This document shows, in pieces, positions 26,574 to 32,000 of a stretch of DNA of 32,000 nucleotides (its first letter is position 1; every line of letters begins with the position of its first letter). The DNA is taken from the NCBI RefSeq assembly GCF_000007145.1, contig NC_003902.1, positions 697,436 through 729,435 on the forward strand. Reading direction: 5' to 3'. Under the pieces are notes generated by a model. It did not search any database, was not told the DNA's origin, and worked only from the letters and a program-made list of their open reading frames with translations. The position numbers and the translations under genes were made by a program. This DNA is from Xanthomonas campestris pv. campestris str. ATCC 33913 (GTDB lineage: Bacteria > Pseudomonadota > Gammaproteobacteria > Xanthomonadales > Xanthomonadaceae).

Positions 26574-28868
26574 ATGATCGAGTCACTGAATATAGGGGCG
26601 CTTGTGGCAGCCCTGCCAGAGAAGTACCAGCCGATCTTTGCGCATCCGGAGCTGTCCGACGGCAGCTCGCGTGGGTGCGAGGACAGGCTTGTGCTGATCC
26701 GCCAATGCGCGCAGCGCCTGCAGCATGCGCTTGGCCGCCCGCTGCGTGTGCTCGACCTTGGCTGTGCCCAGGGGTTTTTCTCTCTGAACCTTGCAGCCGA
26801 TGGTCACACGGTACACGGCGTGGATTTTCTCGATCTCAACGTCAATGTGTGCAAGGCGCTGGCTGCCGAGAACCCTGCATGTGCAGCTACCTTTGAGCAC
26901 GGCACGGTGGAAGATGTGATAGATCGCCTTGAGCACGATGAGTGCGACCTGGTCCTCGGCCTGAGCGTCTTCCATCATCTAATTCACGACAAAGGCATCC
27001 TGAAGGTATCCGCGCTGTGTCGGAAGCTTTCAGAAACGACCAGCGCGGGCATTTATGAGCTCGCCCTGCGTGAGGAGCCGCTCTACTGGGCGCCATCGTT
27101 GTCGCAGGACCCGGCCGAGTTGCTATCCAGTTATGCATTTTTGCGCCTGCTTTCACAGCAGCAGACACATCTTTCGGCGGTTTCAAGGCCACTATATTTT
27201 GCCAGTAGCCGTTTCTGGTACGTGGATGGAGCCATTGGTAATTTTACGTCTTGGTCATCCGAGTCACATGCGCATGGCCGCGGCACGCATCTGCAATCGC
27301 GCCGTTATTATTTCAGCGAACAGTCGTTCGTAAAGAAAATGACGCTGGGCGTGGGAGATCGCGCAGAGATCAATTTGCAGGAGTTCGTCAATGAGGTGGA
27401 GTTTCTGGGCAATCCACCGGAGAGCTACCCGGCACCGCGCCTGATCGCATCGCTGAACGATTCCAGGGATCTGTTCATTGCAAGGTCCATGATGAATGGA
27501 CGGCTTCTCTCCCAGGCGATCGATGATGGGGCCGCTTATGATGCTGATGAAATAATTGCACAGATTCTTGCGCAACTTGTTTTGCTTGAGCGTGCTGGTC
27601 TGTACCACAACGACGTGCGCTGCTGGAATATCCTTATCGCGCCTGAAGGGCGTGCTGTATTGATCGACTATGGCGCAATATCGGCCAATCCATTCGATTG
27701 CTCATGGCTCGACGATCTTCTGCTTTCCTTCCTGATCACGGTCAAGGAGATTCTTGAGCGCAAGGTTGTTCCCTCCAGTCCGAGCCGGGAGCCCGCTCTG
27801 GATTTCATGACGCTGCCCGCGCGTTATCGCAATGCGTTCATCGGGTTTTTTGGTCAGAATCGGTCCCCGTTGACATTCGCCTTGCTGCAACAGTGTCTTC
27901 AGCAGGCAGATGCGACCCCTCACTCTGCCCCCGAGTGGGTGACCATCTATCAGCGCCTGCAGAAAGCACTGCTCGGCTATAATGCGCGGCTTAGTGCTGT
28001 GCATATTGAGACAGAGCATCATCGGGTGGAGCTTGCCGCGCGCGGGGCGGCAATTGAGCATCTTCGCGATAGTACATTGCAAGACCAAGAGCGCACTCAG
28101 GCGTTTGAGCAGGGGGTTGCCGCTGCCGAGGAAAGGTACAAGCGCCTCGAGGAGGAGAGCGAGAAGCTGGCGGCGTGGGCGAAAGGACTTGAAGCTCAGA
28201 CTATCGAGTCCAACCGTGACAAAGAAGCGCTTGCCGCGCTCAATGCAGAACTGGAATCAGACAAAGCTGCGCTCGCGACGCGAATTGCGTCACTTGGCCA
28301 GGAGCTGGAAGAGCGTCAGCGTGCGCGTGAGTTGGCCGAGTTGCTGGCTGCCGACGTGGGACGGCTGACCGAGGAGCGTGACGCTGCCAGGTCCGATCTC
28401 CTCGACACCCAAAGCGTCGTTGAGCAGCACCAGGCGACGATTACAGCGCTGGAGGCGCGTGTCGCCGTTCAGCAGCAACAGATCAGTGGCCTTGAGAGTT
28501 CGCGCGATCAGGAAAGAAATAGGTTGAGGGAGTTGCAGGTGGATCTCTCGCGTAGCATGGACGGTACTGCAAGTGCGCGTGAGTACATTCGTGAGCTTGA
28601 GATGGCGGTGGATGCTCTGGAGGGACAGATCAACAGCCTCCACGGAAGTCGGTCCTGGCGCGTTACGGCACCTCTGCGTCTGTTCACCACACGGGTACTG
28701 AAGCGTGGCAATGCTGACGCTGCGACCATCCGCAAGGTTTCAGACGCGCGCCTTGAAAGTCCTGTCCATACGGATGGTGTGACACCTACACCGGCAGAGG
28801 CTGCGATGGACGAACGCTTAGCTGCAGTCGATCAATTGGGTAGCCGGATTCGTAAGTCGCTTAAATAA
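26574..28868 (+). CDS. wbdD: WbdD-like bifunctional methyltransferase/kinase with long coiled coil (O-antigen chain terminator; wxcB-type in X. campestris nomenclature)
   Basis: 764 aa. LPEKYQPIFAHPE and GRPLRVLDLGCAQGFFSLNLAADG (SAM-binding motif) parallel the E. coli O9a WbdD N-terminus as I recall it. The kinase-like motifs are LYHNDVRCWNILI and LIDYG. Residues of about 480-690 are heptad-rich (E/L/A/Q/R). SRSWRVTAP follows, as in WbdD (SRSWRMT). Confidence 0.9.
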   Translation: MIESLNIGALVAALPEKYQPIFAHPELSDGSSRGCEDRLVLIRQCAQRLQHALGRPLRVLDLGCAQGFFSLNLAADGHTVHGVDFLDLNVNVCKALAAENPACAATFEHGTVEDVIDRLEHDECDLVLGLSVFHHLIHDKGILKVSALCRKLSETTSAGIYELALREEPLYWAPSLSQDPAELLSSYAFLRLLSQQQTHLSAVSRPLYFASSRFWYVDGAIGNFTSWSSESHAHGRGTHLQSRRYYFSEQSFVKKMTLGVGDRAEINLQEFVNEVEFLGNPPESYPAPRLIASLNDSRDLFIARSMMNGRLLSQAIDDGAAYDADEIIAQILAQLVLLERAGLYHNDVRCWNILIAPEGRAVLIDYGAISANPFDCSWLDDLLLSFLITVKEILERKVVPSSPSREPALDFMTLPARYRNAFIGFFGQNRSPLTFALLQQCLQQADATPHSAPEWVTIYQRLQKALLGYNARLSAVHIETEHHRVELAARGAAIEHLRDSTLQDQERTQAFEQGVAAAEERYKRLEEESEKLAAWAKGLEAQTIESNRDKEALAALNAELESDKAALATRIASLGQELEERQRARELAELLAADVGRLTEERDAARSDLLDTQSVVEQHQATITALEARVAVQQQQISGLESSRDQERNRLRELQVDLSRSMDGTASAREYIRELEMAVDALEGQINSLHGSRSWRVTAPLRLFTTRVLKRGNADAATIRKVSDARLESPVHTDGVTPTPAEAAMDERLAAVDQLGSRIRKSLK

Positions 28869-28902
28869 TCCGGGTAGAGGGAATCGTTGTGGTAAGGACA
28901 TC

Positions 28903-29982
28903 ATGCAAGAGGTTGTGGCCGTGAAGAGAGTCATTGTTCTGGGTGCGCAGGTACCGTTTGTCAGAGGAGGAGCAGAGTTCCTGAATGAAGAACTTGTCCG
29001 CCAGATCAATCTGTGGGGAAAAAAACGCCAGGTTGTCGCGGAATTGGTACAGCTGCCTTATCGGTGGTATCCGGAAACGGAAATCCTCTCGTCCACGCTT
29101 GCGTGGAGGCTACTGGATCTAAATGAGAGCAACGGGCAGAAGATCGACCTATGCATCTGTACCAAGTTTCCGACGTATGCTGCTTCGCATGCGAACAAGA
29201 CGCTTTGGCTCGTTCATCAGCACAGGGTTCTTTATGATCTGGAGCGGACGCGTTTTGATTTTCCTCATTTGACCTCCCAGGACAGCGCGCTGCGCGATTC
29301 ATTGCGTGCTTCGGATACGCAATTGTTGTCGGACATCGAGTCGCGCTACACCATATCGCAGACCGTTACCGACCGACTTCAACGGTTCAACGGCCTGTCG
29401 TCGCAGGTTCTATACCCTCCATCTAAGCTGGCGCCTTTCATTACATCTGGTGATTACGGCGACTACGTCTTGTGCATCGGCAGACTAGAGTCGATGAAAC
29501 GACCCGACCTGCTCATCCGTGCAGCGGCGCATGCTCCAAAGGCTAGGGTCGTGATTGCGGGAACGGGCGCGAGTGATTACGCACTCTCCCTGGCGCCGTT
29601 GGTACGCGAGCTCGGTCTGGAGGATCGGGTAGAGCTGACGGGCTTTGTCGAGGATGAGAAACTGCTAGCGCTGATCGCTAACTGTAGAGCGGTTTTCTAC
29701 TCTCCCGTGGATGAAGATTACGGGTTTGCGACCTTGGAGGCATTTGCGGCGCATAAGCCAGTCATTACTGTCGACGACAGTGGCGAAGTGGCGAGAATTG
29801 TGGAGGCCACGGGAGGGGGGTGGATCAGCGGCCCGACGGCAGAGGAGATAGCGCAGAGCATTGGGGATTGCTACGCACGAACCGATGCGCAATTACGCGC
29901 GCTTGCCGACGGCGGATACCGGCTGAGTACTTCGATTACGTGGGATCTTGTGATACGCAATCTTGTGGAGGGCAAGATTTGA
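28903..29982 (+). CDS. GT-B fold glycosyltransferase (GT4-like)
   Basis: 359 aa. VIVLGAQVPFVRGGAEF is the N-terminal Rossmann strand with a glycine-rich loop. The C-terminal domain carries VDEDYGFATLEAFAAHKPVI (E-x7-E). Confidence 0.88.
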   Translation: MQEVVAVKRVIVLGAQVPFVRGGAEFLNEELVRQINLWGKKRQVVAELVQLPYRWYPETEILSSTLAWRLLDLNESNGQKIDLCICTKFPTYAASHANKTLWLVHQHRVLYDLERTRFDFPHLTSQDSALRDSLRASDTQLLSDIESRYTISQTVTDRLQRFNGLSSQVLYPPSKLAPFITSGDYGDYVLCIGRLESMKRPDLLIRAAAHAPKARVVIAGTGASDYALSLAPLVRELGLEDRVELTGFVEDEKLLALIANCRAVFYSPVDEDYGFATLEAFAAHKPVITVDDSGEVARIVEATGGGWISGPTAEEIAQSIGDCYARTDAQLRALADGGYRLSTSITWDLVIRNLVEGKI

Positions 29983-31745
29983 ACACGCGCTTCCGAATTG
30001 CCATGGTCGGGCCATTGCCTCCTGAGCATTCCGGTATCGCCGAGTATTCGGCCGGGCTGGTGGAACTGCTGCGCGATCGGGGCGTACAGGTCCACACCGT
30101 CGTGCGCGGTGACGTCGAGCGCATGGGCATGCAGCAGGTGATCGATGAGCTTGGGCAAGCGGATGCGATCGTGTACCAGATGGGAAATCATCCCGCCTTC
30201 CACGGTTGGATGCTTCCACTTATGGCACAGGTGCCCGGCATTGTTCATCTGCATGATCTAGTGCTGCACCATATGGTTGCGGGTGTTCTGAGCGACGAAG
30301 GTCTTCTCAGCGATGGATACGCGCGGGTGCTGGAGCAATGGCACTCCGCTGCGGATGTGAAGAACGCAACGCTTGCACTGCGATACGGCACTCCGATCTG
30401 GGGACGTGACGAAGTCGTGCACTACCCACTTCACCAGGTGGCGACGAAGTTGGCGCTTGAGGTGGTCGTGCATTCCAGGTACGCGGCTGAGAGAGTTGCA
30501 AAAGAGTTTCCGTGGCTGCCTGTTACGGTCATTCCGCAGCTCTATCCTGTCGCCGCGCGGCATCGTGTGCGTGATTGCCTCAATACCATTGCGGTGATGG
30601 GGGGAGGGCAAGCGAATCGCAGGTTCGACTGGATCGTTGAGGCCTTATTGCAGATCGACCCCGTGTTGACTCGCCCGCTTACCCTCGAAATAGCTGGAGA
30701 TGTCGAACCTGCGGTACAGCTTCAGCTTGAACGAATTTCGGGTTTGCAGAACGTGCGATTGGTCAATCACGGCCGCATCGACGACGAGCAATTCCGGGAT
30801 ATGTTCGCGCGCGCCGACCTGATGATCGCGCTTCGTCAGCCGACGATGGGCGAAGCATCCGCAGTGGTGTCCAAGGCGTTGCAGGCGGGCCTGCCTGTGG
30901 TGGTGTCGGATCAGGCATGGTATGCGGAACTGCCGTCCTGTGTGAGGAAATTGCCCCCCACCCCCGAATGTCCCGATGTTCTGGGGAGTCTGTTGCAGCG
31001 GCTTGCGCTCGATTCAACGGCCTATTCGTATTGGGCAGAGGAATGTAAGGATCAGGCCGGCCGCCCCGAGCTAGATCCATACGCCGCCACTGATCGCTAT
31101 GTCAGGCTACTCAAATCCAACCGTGTGTTCTCTGCGTTTAGAGATCGCGTGGCCAATGCATTGGCCAGCCTCAGGATTGACTTGGAATCCCCGGCGGCTC
31201 GGGAAGTGCAGCGAATCGATGTCCGCGCGTCTCTACGAGGGGATCGTTGGGTCGATTCTGCGCTGGCAGCACTGGCTGAGCGAGGGCTCGATTCTTATGG
31301 ACGAATGATCTCCGCTAGGGTCAGCCCGTACCCTCATACGCAAGCCCTGCCGCCAGATGCCTGGCAGGGCAGTGCTGCATTGCTCAACACTCATCTGGGC
31401 GTGGTGCAGCCATCAAGCATGCTGACCGTGCGCCTGGTGTTGACCAATGACAGCAAGGTTCAGTGGCTGAGTCCATCGAACCACTCTGTAATGCCGTTTG
31501 GCATATATATTGGTTACTTCTGGCACTCCAGCAATGTCCCGCTGGCACCCGAACAGCCGCGCCAGTGGCTTGAAGAGGTAATTGAGCCGGCATCGTCCGG
31601 CGAGCAGCTTATAACACTTCAAGCGCCAGACGCGCCGGGCGATTATGTCCTGGAGGTCGACCTTGTCCAGGAATCAGTTTCTTGGTTCAAAAGTCGGGGG
31701 TTTGTACCCGCCCGGCTACTCGTACGCGTAGAAGCTCCCCAGTAA
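29979..31745 (+). CDS. Glycosyltransferase (GT4-like N-terminal about 370 aa) fused to an uncharacterised C-terminal region of about 200 aa
   Basis: A TTG at 29979 overlaps the preceding stop (TTGA) and gives MNTRFRIAMVGPLPPEHSGIAEYS. An ATG at 30003 would truncate the first beta-strand. The C-terminal part (...MLTVRLVLTNDSKVQW...GDYVLEVDLVQESVSWF...) alternates hydrophobic and polar residues like a beta-sandwich. Confidence 0.82.
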   Translation: MNTRFRIAMVGPLPPEHSGIAEYSAGLVELLRDRGVQVHTVVRGDVERMGMQQVIDELGQADAIVYQMGNHPAFHGWMLPLMAQVPGIVHLHDLVLHHMVAGVLSDEGLLSDGYARVLEQWHSAADVKNATLALRYGTPIWGRDEVVHYPLHQVATKLALEVVVHSRYAAERVAKEFPWLPVTVIPQLYPVAARHRVRDCLNTIAVMGGGQANRRFDWIVEALLQIDPVLTRPLTLEIAGDVEPAVQLQLERISGLQNVRLVNHGRIDDEQFRDMFARADLMIALRQPTMGEASAVVSKALQAGLPVVVSDQAWYAELPSCVRKLPPTPECPDVLGSLLQRLALDSTAYSYWAEECKDQAGRPELDPYAATDRYVRLLKSNRVFSAFRDRVANALASLRIDLESPAAREVQRIDVRASLRGDRWVDSALAALAERGLDSYGRMISARVSPYPHTQALPPDAWQGSAALLNTHLGVVQPSSMLTVRLVLTNDSKVQWLSPSNHSVMPFGIYIGYFWHSSNVPLAPEQPRQWLEEVIEPASSGEQLITLQAPDAPGDYVLEVDLVQESVSWFKSRGFVPARLLVRVEAPQ

Positions 31746-31780
31746 TGCGGGTCACATTCATCCAAACCAGGTCCACGTCC

Positions 31781-32000
31781 ATGAAAATTTTTATGAAATT
31801 CCCCCTCTCTTCGGCCACTGTCGTCGCGCTTGCAACTGCGATTACTTTTACCGGCTGTTCCGAGTCGCCAGATGTAGGTCAGGCCGCGAGCGCCGCGCCG
31901 CAAAAGGCTGCATCTGCATCCGATGCGCCCGGCATGAGCATGCCCCTGACGCAAGAGCAGGTGGGGGCGCGGTACGCCATCGTTTCAGATCCGGTCATTG
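31781..32000 (+). CDS. Putative lipoprotein, N-terminal fragment (runs off the right edge)
   Basis: Not in the ORF track because it has no stop in the window. ATG at 31781 (or 31793): MKIFMKFPLSSATVVALATAITFTGCSESPDVGQAASAAPQK... It shows a hydrophobic signal followed by a lipobox-like FTGC. The frame stays open to 32000. Confidence 0.5.
   Translation, partial: MKIFMKFPLSSATVVALATAITFTGCSESPDVGQAASAAPQKAASASDAPGMSMPLTQEQVGARYAIVSDPVI

Noticed and set aside
1-32000. CRISPR arrays, rRNA genes, IS elements, integrases and prophage genes
   Set aside because: No regularly spaced direct repeats, rRNA-like sequence, transposase or integrase ORFs, or terminal inverted repeats with target duplications were seen. 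The only repeats are the short palindromes and the 12-bp tandem duplication reported above.

Overview
High-GC chromosomal segment whose gene content and order look like a Xanthomonas-type (Xanthomonadaceae) genome. Positions 1-23000 are densely packed core genes. They comprise the copper-resistance pair copL-copA (copA runs off the left edge), a CysK-like PLP enzyme, prlC, fabA-fabB, dinB, gph, an msrC/TfoX-C pair, bioD, a phasin, queD, rhlE, an FAH-family hydrolase plus maiA, an orphan pilU, a DUF4398/OmpA-like envelope pair, a DUF465 gene, and a cystathionine beta-synthase/gamma-lyase operon. From about 23000 to the right edge the G+C content drops visibly by eye. There the window holds an ABC-transporter-dependent O-antigen (LPS) cassette: three GT-B glycosyltransferases, Wzm, a Wzt with a C-terminal extension, a WbdD-like methyltransferase-kinase-coiled-coil protein, and the start of a lipoprotein. 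This cassette is the accessory part of the window and the best candidate for strain-specific biology, although its overall logic follows the known E. coli O9a WbdD/Wzt paradigm. Non-coding items worth a second look are listed next. A roughly 340-nt structured region ends in an intrinsic terminator only about 20 nt before the DUF465 ribosome-binding site. Nested REP-like palindromes lie between maiA and pilU. TGACGC motif clusters occur in three intergenic regions. A 620-bp gap with no confident gene lies between prlC and fabB. Perfect palindromes sit in the fabA/dinB and rhlE/FAH divergent regions, and maiA carries an in-frame 12-bp tandem duplication. No rRNA, convincing tRNA, CRISPR array or IS element was seen. 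Many long ORFs in the supplied track are antisense shadow ORFs typical of GC-rich DNA and were rejected.
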